DNA of 32,000 bases from Gemmata obscuriglobus. Its GTDB lineage: Bacteria; Planctomycetota; Planctomycetia; Gemmatales; Gemmataceae. The translations under genes and the position numbers were made by a program. Below, one piece after another: positions 18,075 to 26,398 of this stretch. The stretch covers positions 8,730,001 through 8,762,000 of the forward strand of contig NZ_CP042911.1 in NCBI RefSeq assembly GCF_008065095.1, given 5' to 3'. Every line of letters starts with the position of its first letter. Positions within the stretch are counted from its first letter, which is position 1. The notes beneath the pieces are model-generated. The model ran no database searches. It saw nothing but the letters and a program-made list of their open reading frames with translations, and was not told the DNA's origin.

Positions 18075-19793
18075 TCACTCCTCGGGCGGCGGTAGGGGGA
18101 TGTGGTGCAGGCCGGTGGCGTCGCTGGCGAACGCGGACTTCATCGGCAGCCGGACGGTGAACTTGCTCCCCTTGTCGGGGACGCTCTGAACGAGGATGTC
18201 GCCGCCGTGCTCGCGCACGATCTTGCGGCTCACCGGCAGCCCCAGCCCCGTCCCGCGGCTCCCTTTCGTGCTGACGAAGGGCTTGAAGATGTCCTCGAGC
18301 TTGTCCGCCGGGATGCCCGGGCCGTTGTCCATGACGATGACCTTCGCCCAGCTCCCGTCGGCCTCCAGCAGGGCTTGAACGGAGAGCTTCGCGTTGGGGC
18401 GGCCCTCCAGGGCGTCGATCGCGTTGCCCGCGAGGTTCAGCACGGCCCGGTGAACGCCCTCGGCGTCGCACGGCACCGCCGACACGCCCGCCCCGGGGTG
18501 CCAGTCGATGGCGACGCCGCGGTCCGTCGCGCGGCCCCGCACCAGCCCGAGCACGTCCTCGCACAGGTGGTTCAGGTCCGTCGGCTCGACGACCGGCTCG
18601 CGCTCCTTCGAGTAGCTCAGCATGTCCAGAATCAGGTCGTCGATGCGGTTCTGGTTCCGCTCGACGAGCTTCCACCCCTTCCCGAGCAGGTCCGCGTCGG
18701 ACTCCTTTATTGCGGTGCGCACCATGTCGGCCCCGAACCGCACCCCCTGCATGATGTTCTTGATGTGGTGCGACAGGGCCGCGATGGTCTGCCCCACGGC
18801 GGCGAGCCGCTCCGCGTTCACGAGGGCCTGGTGGTAGCGGCTCTCTTCCACCGCGATGGCGGCCTGGTGCGCGATCGCGCTGGCGAGGTGCAGGTGGTCC
18901 TCGGTGAACGTGGTCGCGTCCGGCCCGCGGCTCAGCACCTGCTTGAGGGAGGACTGGGTGTCGAGGAACAGCACCCCCACCACCTCGCGCCGGCCCTTCA
19001 TCGGGACGCAGATCGCCTCGCGGATGTTGTGCCGGTGCAGGCTCTCGACCGCGCGGAACCGGTCGTCGGAGTGAACGTCCGACACGAGCACGCCCTGCGC
19101 CTCGCGCATCACGTGCTCGACAACGGTGCGGCTGACCGCGAGCTCCTCCTGCCGGTTCGTCCCCTCGCGGTAGTGGACGGCCTTGGGGACCAGCCGGCCG
19201 GACTCGTCGCGGAGCACGAAGCACCCGTGGTCCGCCCCCACCGACTTGAACACGAGGTTCATGACGGCGTCGAGGAGCTGGTCCACGTCGAGGATGTGGC
19301 TGATGACCGCGGCGGTCTCGTACAGCGCCGCCAGGCTGGCGAGCCGGGCGCGCACCCAGTCCGTCGCCGCCGCCGGGCGCGCCAGGATCTGGCTGCCGGC
19401 GTCCGCCGCCACGGTGCGCAGGATCGCGGAGTTCAGGTCCTGCTCGGGGCGCACCTGGAGCCGGACCCGCTCGGTCAGCTCGCTGCCTGCGGCGGGGAAC
19501 TCGTTGCGCCCGGCGGTGAACATGAGCACCGACTGGCCGACGGTAATGGTGTCGCCGCTGCGGAGCGGGGCGACCTGCACCGGCTGGCCGTTCAGGAGCG
19601 TGCCGTTGCCGCTGCCGAGGTCGCGCAGCTCGTACCCGTGCGCGACCGCCCGCACCTCGAGGTGCCGGCGCGACACCTGGGTGTCGTGCAGCGGCACCGC
19701 GTTGGCGGAGTGCCGGCCGACGGTGACGGACGGGCTCGTCAGCTCGAACTGCTTGCCCTCGTCCACGCCGCGGATGACGATCAGTCGTGGCAC
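18075..19793 (-). CDS. soluble FHA-GAF-histidine kinase
   Basis: FHA domain (VTVGRHSANAVPLHDTQVSRRHLEV...GSGNGTLLNG), a central GAF-like region, H-box AALSHHIKNIMQGV, N-box LAGNAIDAL, and G-boxes DNGPGIP and GTGLGLPVS. GTG start at 19793 follows GGGGGAA. No TM segment. Confidence 0.9.
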   Translation of the reverse strand: MPRLIVIRGVDEGKQFELTSPSVTVGRHSANAVPLHDTQVSRRHLEVRAVAHGYELRDLGSGNGTLLNGQPVQVAPLRSGDTITVGQSVLMFTAGRNEFPAAGSELTERVRLQVRPEQDLNSAILRTVAADAGSQILARPAAATDWVRARLASLAALYETAAVISHILDVDQLLDAVMNLVFKSVGADHGCFVLRDESGRLVPKAVHYREGTNRQEELAVSRTVVEHVMREAQGVLVSDVHSDDRFRAVESLHRHNIREAICVPMKGRREVVGVLFLDTQSSLKQVLSRGPDATTFTEDHLHLASAIAHQAAIAVEESRYHQALVNAERLAAVGQTIAALSHHIKNIMQGVRFGADMVRTAIKESDADLLGKGWKLVERNQNRIDDLILDMLSYSKEREPVVEPTDLNHLCEDVLGLVRGRATDRGVAIDWHPGAGVSAVPCDAEGVHRAVLNLAGNAIDALEGRPNAKLSVQALLEADGSWAKVIVMDNGPGIPADKLEDIFKPFVSTKGSRGTGLGLPVSRKIVREHGGDILVQSVPDKGSKFTVRLPMKSAFASDATGLHHIPLPPPEE

Positions 19794-19919
19794 GCACGTT
19801 CCCCCGGATCAGAGCGACGCTTTAATACCGTAACCGTGCGGGCCGCAAGAGGCAACCGCCGGGCCGCGGACTTGGCAACCGGGCCACGGTCTGTCATGCT
19901 GCGTGCGGAGGGCCGAACC

Positions 19920-20546
19920 ATGACGAGCCGGTGGGCGTGGGACAGCGAGTCGGTGACCGTGTCGCGGAAGGAGCGGCTCTTTTGCTGCGCCTGCGTGCGG
20001 CTGGTGTGGGACCGGTTCGCGGGCGAGGAGGCCGGCCCCGAGGCGGTCGAAGCCGCCGAGGAGTTCGCCGACGGGGAGCGGACCCCGCGCGGGCTGGCCG
20101 ACGCGCGGGCGGCCGCGGTGGCGGCGTGCGACGCGTGGGGCGGTCGCCGGTCGCGGTACGCCCTCCAGACCCGGGCCGCGCTCACGGCCGCGGCGGAGTG
20201 CGCGGCCGCCCCCTCACATTATCGGGTGTGCCAGCTCGTCGAGAGCGCCATGCCGGAAGAACCGGAGGTCGCCCGGGCCGCGTTCCAGGCGCTCCGCGAT
20301 GACATCGCCGGCCCGCCGACCCTGACCGCGTTCGCCCCGCGCTGGCGCACCGGCACCGTCACCGCGCTCGCGGCGCAGATGTACGCGTCGCGCGACTTCT
20401 CCGCCATGCCGATCCTCGCCGACGCTCTTCAAGACGCGGGGTGCGACAGCAACGACATCCTGAACCACTGCCGCGATACTATCCCTCACGTGCGCGGGTG
20501 CTGGGTGGTCGATCTGGTGCTCGGGGCTTTGCCGAGCGAGGCGTGA
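19920..20546 (+). CDS. Cys-rich conserved hypothetical protein (Gemmata/Myxococcus-type family ending ...HVRGCWVVDLVLG)
   Basis: ATG 19920 lies 8 nt after GGAGGG. MTSRWAWDSESVTVSRKERLFCCACVRLVWDRF...PILADALQDAGCDSNDILNHCRDTIPHVRGCWVVDLVLG. The upstream 600 codons of track ORF 18102..20546 are the antisense shadow of the kinase gene. Confidence 0.7.
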   Translation: MTSRWAWDSESVTVSRKERLFCCACVRLVWDRFAGEEAGPEAVEAAEEFADGERTPRGLADARAAAVAACDAWGGRRSRYALQTRAALTAAAECAAAPSHYRVCQLVESAMPEEPEVARAAFQALRDDIAGPPTLTAFAPRWRTGTVTALAAQMYASRDFSAMPILADALQDAGCDSNDILNHCRDTIPHVRGCWVVDLVLGALPSEA

Positions 20547-20610
20547 GGGCCGGGCTATCTAGTGAAGTACCACATTCACCCGCCAGCATCAGCGAGCGGG
20601 TAAATGTGGC

Positions 20611-20652
20611 CGGTGCCCGCTCCCTGGGAGCGCGGACGGCCCGTCTATCGCT
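20611..20652. repeat. degenerate copy of the 17863-type REP family
   Basis: cggtgcccgctccctgggagcgcggacggcccgtctatcgc aligns to cggtgggctgttccctgggaccgcggacgtcccgtccgccgc at roughly 80 percent identity. Confidence 0.6.
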
Positions 20653-20736
20653 GCTGGACTCGGGTCGCGGCGGAACGTTCGTGTCGCTCCCCCACTCGCT
20701 CACCCAGGGACATGCCGCACGCGGCGGGTCGCTGCG

Positions 20737-21104
20737 TTACCGGTGTGTGAGCGGCTCCACGCGCAGCTCGTAAGCGACGATCGAGGTCGGTGCCACCGTC
20801 AGCCGCACCTCGCTGTGGGCGACCACCGCCCCCGGCGTCACCGACCCGGGGCCGGCCCACTCTTCGGCGGTCGAGTCGAGGACCCGCTCCCACGTCCCTT
20901 CCCGCAGCGTCAGCCGGATGTCCGCGTCGCGCTCTGAAGGGCGGCGCCGAACCAAGTAAACGCAAACCCGCTCTTGCCCTGGTGCGGCGTCCACGGGTGG
21001 AAGTTGTCCGAGCACATCCCGGCCCCTTCGGCGCGGCGCACGAGCATGATCAGTTCGCCGGGTGGGTACAACTCGTGCGACGCGTGCCAGCCGACCACTT
21101 TCAT
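20737..21104 (-). pseudogene. chimeric gene remnant: 5' end of an LLM-class flavin oxidoreductase joined out of frame to a GH13/TreZ-like C-terminal fragment
   Basis: From ATG 21104: MKVVGWHASHELYPPGELIMLVRRAEGAGMCSDNFHPWTPHQGKSGFAFTWFGAALQSAT, the N-terminal signature of the IGYHASHEQ...SDHFHPW...QGQSGFAW..LGA family. That frame stops at 20910. A different frame then reads ...IRLTLREGTWERVLDSTAEEWAGPGS...LTVAPTSIVAYEL to the stop at 20737, which resembles an alpha-amylase-family C-terminal beta-sandwich. Confidence 0.45.
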
Positions 21105-21359
21105 GCCACCGACTCCATAAGTCTCGCCCACGGTTGCACAGACAGCAACGCGTGGACCAATCGTGTCGGCACCGCGGTCAGGATTTTCACCGCCAAGACT
21201 CGATCAACCTCAATAGATTGACAAGTGTGTTTTATTTAGAATTTTCGGCGCGGGGTGGTACGGTATCGTACAGCAGCGGCATGCGCGGTTCCGGAAGTGA
21301 GCTTCTCACGCCGGTGCGTGACAGAACGAAAAAGGCCCACAACTCGCCCGTCGTGGGTG

Positions 21360-21375
21360 CGGCGCGAGGCTTGCA
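21360..21375 (+). promoter_or_regulatory. sigma-54-type -24/-12 promoter-like motif
   Basis: CGGCGCGAGGCTTGCA, with GG at 21361-62, GC at 21373-74 and a perfect TTGCA -12 element. There are 60 nt between the TTGC and ATG 21435. An unusually AT-rich tract with palindrome TCAATAGATTGA lies 140-150 nt upstream. Confidence 0.45.
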
Positions 21376-21434
21376 CTGTCTCGGCCGGGGACACCGGTCC
21401 CTCACAGAAACGGATGTCACACCTGGAGACGGCA

Positions 21435-21830
21435 ATGGCGACGACAAGCAAGCGCTCGCAGGACGACGAAGATACCGAACGCGGCGGGCAAAACGGGCGC
21501 TCGAGTAGCAACGGCCAGGGGGCGAAGGGCGGCCGCGGGGCACAGTCCGGACAAAGCGGGGCGGCCCAGAAGCGCGTCCTCAGCCGGGCCGCCCGGGTGC
21601 TGAACGAGATCGAAGCCCGCATCCACGAACTCCGCGAGGAGTTAGAGGAACAGGGCGGTGGGGCGGGCGGCGAAAGCGGCGGGTCCGGCGGCGTGTCGGG
21701 GCGCGGCCAAGTCAAGCACCCCGAAACCGACGGGCGCCTGAAGCAGAACCGCGACAGCGACGACGAGGGCGGCGAAGACGAGACCGACGACGAGGGCGAG
21801 GGCCGGGGCCGGTCCGGCGGCCGCCGCTGA
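21435..21830 (+). CDS. highly charged, Gly/Ser/Asp/Glu/Arg-rich disordered protein (hydrophilin-like)
   Basis: MATTSKRSQDDEDTERGGQNGRSSSNGQGAKGG...one short helix (RVLNEIEARIHELREELEEQ)...DDEGGEDETDDEGEGRGRSGGRR. GGAG lies 7 nt before the ATG. An in-frame ATG at 21414 is an alternative start. Confidence 0.5.
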   Translation: MATTSKRSQDDEDTERGGQNGRSSSNGQGAKGGRGAQSGQSGAAQKRVLSRAARVLNEIEARIHELREELEEQGGGAGGESGGSGGVSGRGQVKHPETDGRLKQNRDSDDEGGEDETDDEGEGRGRSGGRR

Positions 21831-21855
21831 TGTCACCAACGGGTCCGCCCCGCGA

Positions 21856-21888
21856 CACCCGCCCCGGCCACGGGGCGGGTGCTTTGTT
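21856..21888 (+). terminator. rho-independent terminator
   Basis: cacccgcccc-ggccac-ggggcgggtg (10 bp stem) followed by ctttgtt, 26 nt after the stop at 21830. Confidence 0.6.
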
Positions 21889-21896
21889 ATCGGGTC

Positions 21897-21918
21897 CGGC
21901 ACCGGCACCGCAAGTGCT
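21897..21918 (+). promoter_or_regulatory. sigma-54-type -24/-12 promoter-like motif (two overlapping registers)
   Basis: CGGCACCGCAAGTGCT at 21903-21918 (GG 21904-05, GC 21916-17) overlaps CGGCACCGGCACCGCA from 21897. There are 51 nt between the GTGC and ATG 21969. Confidence 0.45.
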
Positions 21919-21968
21919 ACAACCCGTCGGCCCGGCGACACGGGCGACAAACCACACGAGGATCACCG

Positions 21969-22466
21969 ATGCGTTTCACCAGCCGACTGATGGCGGTTCT
22001 GGCGATGTTGGCAGGGGGCGCGGCGCTCGCCGACGACGCGAAGCCGATCACCGACGCCGAGTTCGTGACCAAGGCGGCCAGCGGGGGCCTGTTCGAGGTC
22101 GAGTCGAGCAAACTGGCCAAGACGTCGGCGACATCACCCGAGGCGAAGAAGTTCGCCGATCGCATGATCGCCGACCACGAGAAGGCGAACAAGGAGCTGA
22201 TGGGGGCCGCGAAGAAGGCCGGCATTGAGGTGCCGACCAAGATGTCGGCCGAACACCAGAAGCTGCTCGACCAGGTCCAGGCGGCCAAGGGGGCGGACTT
22301 CGACAAGGCCTACATGGCCGCTCAGGTCGCCGCCCACGACGAGGCCGTTGCCTTGTTCTCCGGGGCGACAAAAGGGGTCAAGGACCCCGGGCTGAAGGCC
22401 TTCGCCGAGAAGACGCTGCCGGTCATCAAGGAGCACCAGGAGCACGCCAAGAAGCACTCGAAGTGA
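21969..22466 (+). CDS. DUF4142 domain periplasmic protein
   Basis: Signal peptide MRFTSRLMAVLAMLAGGAALA. DAEFVTKAASGGLFEVESSKLA...FADRMIADHEKANKEL...DFDKAYMAAQVAAHDEAVALF is the duplicated DUF4142 four-helix pattern. ATG 21969 follows GAGGA. Confidence 0.85.
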   Translation: MRFTSRLMAVLAMLAGGAALADDAKPITDAEFVTKAASGGLFEVESSKLAKTSATSPEAKKFADRMIADHEKANKELMGAAKKAGIEVPTKMSAEHQKLLDQVQAAKGADFDKAYMAAQVAAHDEAVALFSGATKGVKDPGLKAFAEKTLPVIKEHQEHAKKHSK

Positions 22467-22569
22467 GCAGGCCGGAGGGCGCGGTGGCTGCCCCGGATGG
22501 GGCGGCCGTCGGCTTTGCGTCCGTTCTGCTTGCCGAAACGTCGCTCCGGCGGCGACCAAGGAGACCCCA

Positions 22570-23076
22570 ATGGCAACGGTCGAGAGCCGCGCGAAGGTGC
22601 TCGGGCACGCGATGCACCCGATGTTGATCGTCGTCCCACTCGGCATGTTCGTCGGCGCGGTCGTCTTCGACGGCGTGTTCTACTTCGGCGGGCGCGAGCC
22701 CCAGTGGGCGGTGGTGGCGTACTGGATGATCGTGACCGGTTTGATCGGCGGGGTGGTTGCGGCCGTGCCCGGGTGGATCGACTGGTTCGCCATCCCGGCC
22801 GGCACCCGGGCGAAGAGGATCGGCCTCGTCCACGGGTTAGGTAACGGCGTCGGGGTGCTCGGGCTGTTCGGGGCGAGCTGGTACTGCCGCCGCCCGGACG
22901 TCCCGAACCCGCCGGACCTGGCGCTGCTGCTGTCGCTGCTCGGGTTCCTGCTCGGCGGCGTGACGGCGTGGCTCGGGGGCGAGCTGATCGAGCGGTTGGG
23001 CGTCGGCGTCGATCCCGGCGCCCACCCGAACGCGCCGAACTCACTGTCCGGGCGTTCCGCCGGTCCGCGAGCGTAA
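22570..23076 (+). CDS. DUF2231 family membrane protein
   Basis: LGHAMHPMLIVVPLGMFVGAVVFD... with four TM helices. AAGGAG precedes the ATG. Confidence 0.75.
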   Translation: MATVESRAKVLGHAMHPMLIVVPLGMFVGAVVFDGVFYFGGREPQWAVVAYWMIVTGLIGGVVAAVPGWIDWFAIPAGTRAKRIGLVHGLGNGVGVLGLFGASWYCRRPDVPNPPDLALLLSLLGFLLGGVTAWLGGELIERLGVGVDPGAHPNAPNSLSGRSAGPRA

Positions 23077-23090
23077 ACGAGGAGTGCTTC

Positions 23091-23693
23091 ATGCCCGGAA
23101 CCAGTGAAAGCCTGCACGGCAGCGCGCCGGACAAGTGCCCGGTCGCCCTCCTGCTCGTGGACGTGATTAACCCCCTCGACTTTCCCGAGGCCGACCAGCT
23201 GCTGCGGCACGCGGCCCCGGCGGCGAAGAAGCTCGCGGAGCTGAAGGGGCGGGCACACGGGGCGGGTGTCCCGGTGATCTACGCCAACGACAACTTCGGC
23301 CGCTGGCGGTCGGACCTGAGCGCGGTCGTCGAACGGTGCCGAAAGTGGGACTGCAAGGGGCGGGAACTGGTCGAGCTGCTCCACCCGAGCGAGGACGATT
23401 ACTTCGTCCTCAAGCCGAAGCACTCGGCGTTCTTCTCCACCACGCTCGACACGCTGCTCGGATACCTGGGAACCGAAACGCTCGTGATCGGCGGGTTCGC
23501 CGCCGACATTTGCGTGCTGTTCACGGCCAACGACGCGTACATGCGCGACCTGCGGGTCGTGGTCCCGTCGGACGGCGTGGCGTCGAACAAGGCGGAGGAC
23601 CGGGACGCGGCGCTCGCGCTGGTGCGACGGGTCCTCAAGGGCGACACGCCCGGTACCGCCGACATCGATTTCCGGGCGCTGGTGAGCGGGTGA
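23091..23693 (+). CDS. isochorismatase-family cysteine hydrolase
   Basis: VALLLVDVINPLDF (Asp), FVLKPKHSAFF (Lys) and LVIGGFAADICVLFTANDA (Cys), giving the catalytic D-K-C triad context. ATG 23091 follows GAGGAG, 14 nt after the DUF2231 stop. Confidence 0.85.
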   Translation: MPGTSESLHGSAPDKCPVALLLVDVINPLDFPEADQLLRHAAPAAKKLAELKGRAHGAGVPVIYANDNFGRWRSDLSAVVERCRKWDCKGRELVELLHPSEDDYFVLKPKHSAFFSTTLDTLLGYLGTETLVIGGFAADICVLFTANDAYMRDLRVVVPSDGVASNKAEDRDAALALVRRVLKGDTPGTADIDFRALVSG

Positions 23694-23702
23694 CGGTTCG
23701 CG

Positions 23703-23718
23703 CGGCTCACCAATTGCT
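23703..23718 (+). promoter_or_regulatory. sigma-54-type -24/-12 promoter-like motif
   Basis: CGGCTCACCAATTGCT, with GG at 23704-05, GC at 23716-17 and a perfect TTGCT -12 element. The -24 element is GGCTC rather than GGCAC. There are 55 nt between the TTGC and ATG 23773. Confidence 0.4.
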
Positions 23719-23772
23719 AGTTCCCACCGGGGCGCCCCGCCCGTTTCCATCGTCTCACACCGGAACACCGAT

Positions 23773-24354
23773 ATGGCACTCGACTCCCTGCACGACCTAT
23801 ACGTGGAAGAACTCAAGGACCTGTATAACGCCGAAAACCAGTTGCTCAAGGCGCTGCCGCGGATGGCCAAGGCGGCCTCGTCCGGGGAGCTGAAGGCGGC
23901 GTTCACGGAGCACCTGACGGCCACCCAGAAACAGGTCGAGCGGCTCGAACAAATCTTTGAAGGGCTCGGCGTTAGCCCGAAGGGGAAGAAGTGTAAGGCA
24001 ATGGAGGGGCTGATCGAGGAGGGCAAGGAGGTCATGCAGGAGGACGGTGACCCGTCCGTCATCGACGCGGCACTGATCGCGGCGGCCCAGCGGGTCGAGC
24101 ACTACGAGATGGCCGGGTACGGGTGCGTGCGGACCTTTGCCAACCTGCTCGGGTACGGAGACGCAGAGGCCCTGCTCCAGGAGACGCTCGACGAGGAAGG
24201 CGAGGCGGACAAGAAGCTCACCGAACTGGCCGAGACCGTCATCAACGTCGAAGCCGAGAGCGCCGAAGGCGAAGAGGGTGAAGAGGACGAGGAAGCCGAG
24301 GAGCCCGCGCCGAGCCCCCGCAGGGCTAAGCCCAAGGCGGGCGGAAAGAAGTGA
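23773..24354 (+). CDS. DUF892 / YciE-YciF ferritin-like stress protein with acidic C-terminal tail
   Basis: LHDLYVEELKDLYNAENQLLKALPRMAKAASSGELKAAFTEHLTATQKQVERLEQIF...AAQRVEHYEMAGYG. The tail reads ESAEGEEGEEDEEAEEP. Confidence 0.9.
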   Translation: MALDSLHDLYVEELKDLYNAENQLLKALPRMAKAASSGELKAAFTEHLTATQKQVERLEQIFEGLGVSPKGKKCKAMEGLIEEGKEVMQEDGDPSVIDAALIAAAQRVEHYEMAGYGCVRTFANLLGYGDAEALLQETLDEEGEADKKLTELAETVINVEAESAEGEEGEEDEEAEEPAPSPRRAKPKAGGKK

Positions 24355-24381
24355 CCGCTGACGCATGAGCGCGTTGCCCAA

Positions 24382-24409
24382 AGCCCCGGCCCGCCGGGGC
24401 TCACTTTTT
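24382..24409 (+). terminator. rho-independent terminator
   Basis: agccccgg-cccg-ccggggct followed by cacttttt. Confidence 0.65.
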
Positions 24410-24690
24410 CAGTCACGGCCCCTCTGATACCGAATCCGGTGATTTCAAGTTCGCACGGGCTTTGTAATCGGCCGGGAGATCGGAACACGCCGATGTACCA
24501 CCCACCTGCTGACGCCGGCGGGCGGCGCACACACTTGACGAACTTGAAAGGGCCGGAATCGAATTGAAGAGCAACTGATTCCTGTAGCCGACCGGGTTCA
24601 GTCGGTAAGCAGGCTCCTGGAGGAGGGGCTCGCGGGGCGCGCATCGCGGGGCGAGGCGAAGGAACCGTGCCGCCTCTCGACGGCTTGGGC

Positions 24691-25380
24691 TTATGTGATC
24701 GTGTCGCGGATGGCGGCGTAGCACTCGCACGCGGCGGCCTCTAACCCCGCGCGATCGCAGATCCGGACCATCCCGCTCTTGTAGGTAATGAGGCCGGCGG
24801 CCTGGAGGGTTCCGGCCGTCACCGTGACGGTCGCCCGGCGGACGCCGAGCATCTGCGCCAGGAACTCGTGGGTGAGCGGGAACTCGTCGGCCCCGGCCCG
24901 GTCGTGGCACTGGAGCAGCCACCGCGCGCACCGCTCGTCGGCCGAGTGCAGGCAGTTGCACGCGGCCTGTCGCGCGGCGACGGTCATGACGGCCCGCACG
25001 TACCGGTACACCACGTCCCGCACCGTCCCGCTCTCGCGCACCGCGGCGGCGAACGCGGCGGCCGGCATCCGGCGACACCGGCACGGGGCCACCTGGCAGA
25101 ACACCCGCTCGCGGCTGCGGTCGGCGCCGAGCGCGCTCGACACCCCGGCCATGCCCTCGGGGCCGATTCCGGCCGCCTCCGCGCTCCTCCCGTCGCCCAT
25201 CAGTACCACCGCCGAAATCACCCCCGCCCGCGGAAAGTACACGTACTCCAAAAGCCCGCCCGGTTCGTACACGACGTCCCTGGGGCCGAGCGTCACGTCG
25301 GCCATGTGGCGGAGCAGGCGGCCCAGATCAGCGGGCGGTAATGTGGACAGGAGCCGGTTCTCCGGCAACGGGGTCGGCAC
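24691..25380 (-). CDS. Crp/Fnr family transcriptional regulator
   Basis: N-terminal cNMP-binding-like beta-barrel (VVYEPGGLLEYVYFPRAGVISAVV) and a C-terminal HTH (LTHEFLAQMLGVRRATVTVTAGTLQAAGLITYKSG). GTG start at 25380. Confidence 0.85.
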   Translation of the reverse strand: MPTPLPENRLLSTLPPADLGRLLRHMADVTLGPRDVVYEPGGLLEYVYFPRAGVISAVVLMGDGRSAEAAGIGPEGMAGVSSALGADRSRERVFCQVAPCRCRRMPAAAFAAAVRESGTVRDVVYRYVRAVMTVAARQAACNCLHSADERCARWLLQCHDRAGADEFPLTHEFLAQMLGVRRATVTVTAGTLQAAGLITYKSGMVRICDRAGLEAAACECYAAIRDTIT

Positions 25381-25589
25381 GGTCGTCTCGACTACAGGAC
25401 CGGATGAGCGGACGCCCTCAACGTCTCAATTGAGGCGGCCAACGCGGGTGGCATTCTAGCCCCACTCTTCGCGCACCGTTGTCGGGAAAGTGCCTCAACG
25501 TGCCCTCAAGTTCCGCCCCACTTGCGGAATCGCTCCAGCCCGCGTCCGGCGTGTTCCGATCAACTACCGTCGCCCACTCGGAGGCCGTG

Positions 25590-26078
25590 ATGCGCCGTCT
25601 GATTCTCGCCGCGCTTTTGCTCGCGCCGGTCGGCTGCCAGAGCGTGAAGGAGGGCGTGCTCTCCCCCGTCACCTCGCGCCTCGACCTCGCCAACGCCCAA
25701 CTCGCCGCGGGCGTGCGCCAGGTGGAGATCGGCAACGCCAAGATCGACGCACTCGACGCGAAGCTGACCGAGACCAACCAGAAGGTCGCTCGGATTGAGA
25801 AGCAACTTGCCCAGACCGATGCCCGCATTCAGGACATGCAAGGCGATGTGAAGACCGCGACCGCGACCGTCACCCACGTCGATGCCACCGCGACCGAGCT
25901 GAACAAAACGGTGCGGTCCATGTCCGGCACGCTCGACGCGACCGGCAAGCGGATCGAGGTCATGGACGGGCGGCTGGCCGACGCGAACAAGAAGGTGGAC
26001 GAGGTCAACAAGAAGATGGACGTGATCGTCGAGGCCGCAAAGAAGATCCCGGGGGTCGAACCGAAGAAGGACAAATAA
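25590..26078 (+). CDS. coiled-coil lipoprotein
   Basis: MRRLILAALLLAPVGC lipobox. The rest is heptad/hendecad-like and rich in K, D, A and T (AKIDALDAKLTETNQKVARIEKQLAQTDARIQDMQ...). GGAGG lies 5 nt before ATG 25590. Confidence 0.6.
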   Translation: MRRLILAALLLAPVGCQSVKEGVLSPVTSRLDLANAQLAAGVRQVEIGNAKIDALDAKLTETNQKVARIEKQLAQTDARIQDMQGDVKTATATVTHVDATATELNKTVRSMSGTLDATGKRIEVMDGRLADANKKVDEVNKKMDVIVEAAKKIPGVEPKKDK

Positions 26079-26250
26079 CGAACCGGGCGTGTGCCCCATC
26101 ACACGCGAAGCACTTAACGCCCTCATTTCCTCCTCCCGCGGCCCTGCTCGCCCGCATTCGATCCCCTCGAATTTCTAGGCCGATCGGACAGCCCGGCCCG
26201 CTGCCCGGACTTCCGGCAAAGCCGTCGCCACCTGCGGCGCCCCTCCAGCC

Positions 26251-26266
26251 CGGCACCCACTTTGCA
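26251..26266 (+). promoter_or_regulatory. sigma-54-type -24/-12 promoter-like motif (best match)
   Basis: CGGCACCCACTTTGCA, i.e. GGCAC-N5-TTGCA with GG at 26252-53 and GC at 26264-65. It lies 133 nt upstream of ATG 26399. Confidence 0.5.
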
Positions 26267-26398
26267 ACCCCAGCCGCGTCCTTCGGCCGCCGGCGATCCA
26301 CCTCCGTAGTCACCTGCGGCGCGTGTCGCCACGACCGGCGCGCGACGCATTGAACCCAGAACGACCGAACGTTCGAGCCTCCAACCGGAATACCGACC

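Noticed and set aside
18102-19919. 5' two-thirds of the 814 aa plus-strand ORF 18102..20546
   Set aside because: It is antisense to the FHA-GAF-kinase gene, which has clear motifs. Only the last 208 codons (from ATG 19920, which has an SD) look like a real protein.
20570-20609. 14 bp imperfect hairpin (ccacattcacccgc / gcgggtaaatgtgg) after the 19920..20546 gene, as a possible terminator
   Set aside because: It has one mismatch, a 12 nt loop and no U-tract, so I have only noted it and not listed it as a feature.
21218-21246. TTGACA plus TAGAAT-like sigma-70 promoter in the AT-rich tract
   Set aside because: The spacing between TTGACA and TAGAAT is only 13 nt, and with a 17 nt spacer the -10 element would be ATTTTC. 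I treat the AT-rich tract as possible bending or UAS DNA for the downstream -24/-12 motif instead.
22680-24062. 460 aa minus-strand ORF, plus 22322..23134 minus and 26123..27286 minus
   Set aside because: They lie opposite well-supported genes (DUF2231, isochorismatase, DUF892, SDR) and have shadow-frame composition.
25447-25465. TGGCAT -24-like element upstream of the 25590 lipoprotein gene
   Set aside because: The -12 position reads CCCC instead of TTGC/GC, so the motif is incomplete.
26229-26322. 12 nt direct repeat CACCTGCGGCGC flanking the SDR promoter motif
   Set aside because: My rough estimate is that about one such nearby 12-mer repeat is expected by chance in 32 kb of this composition.
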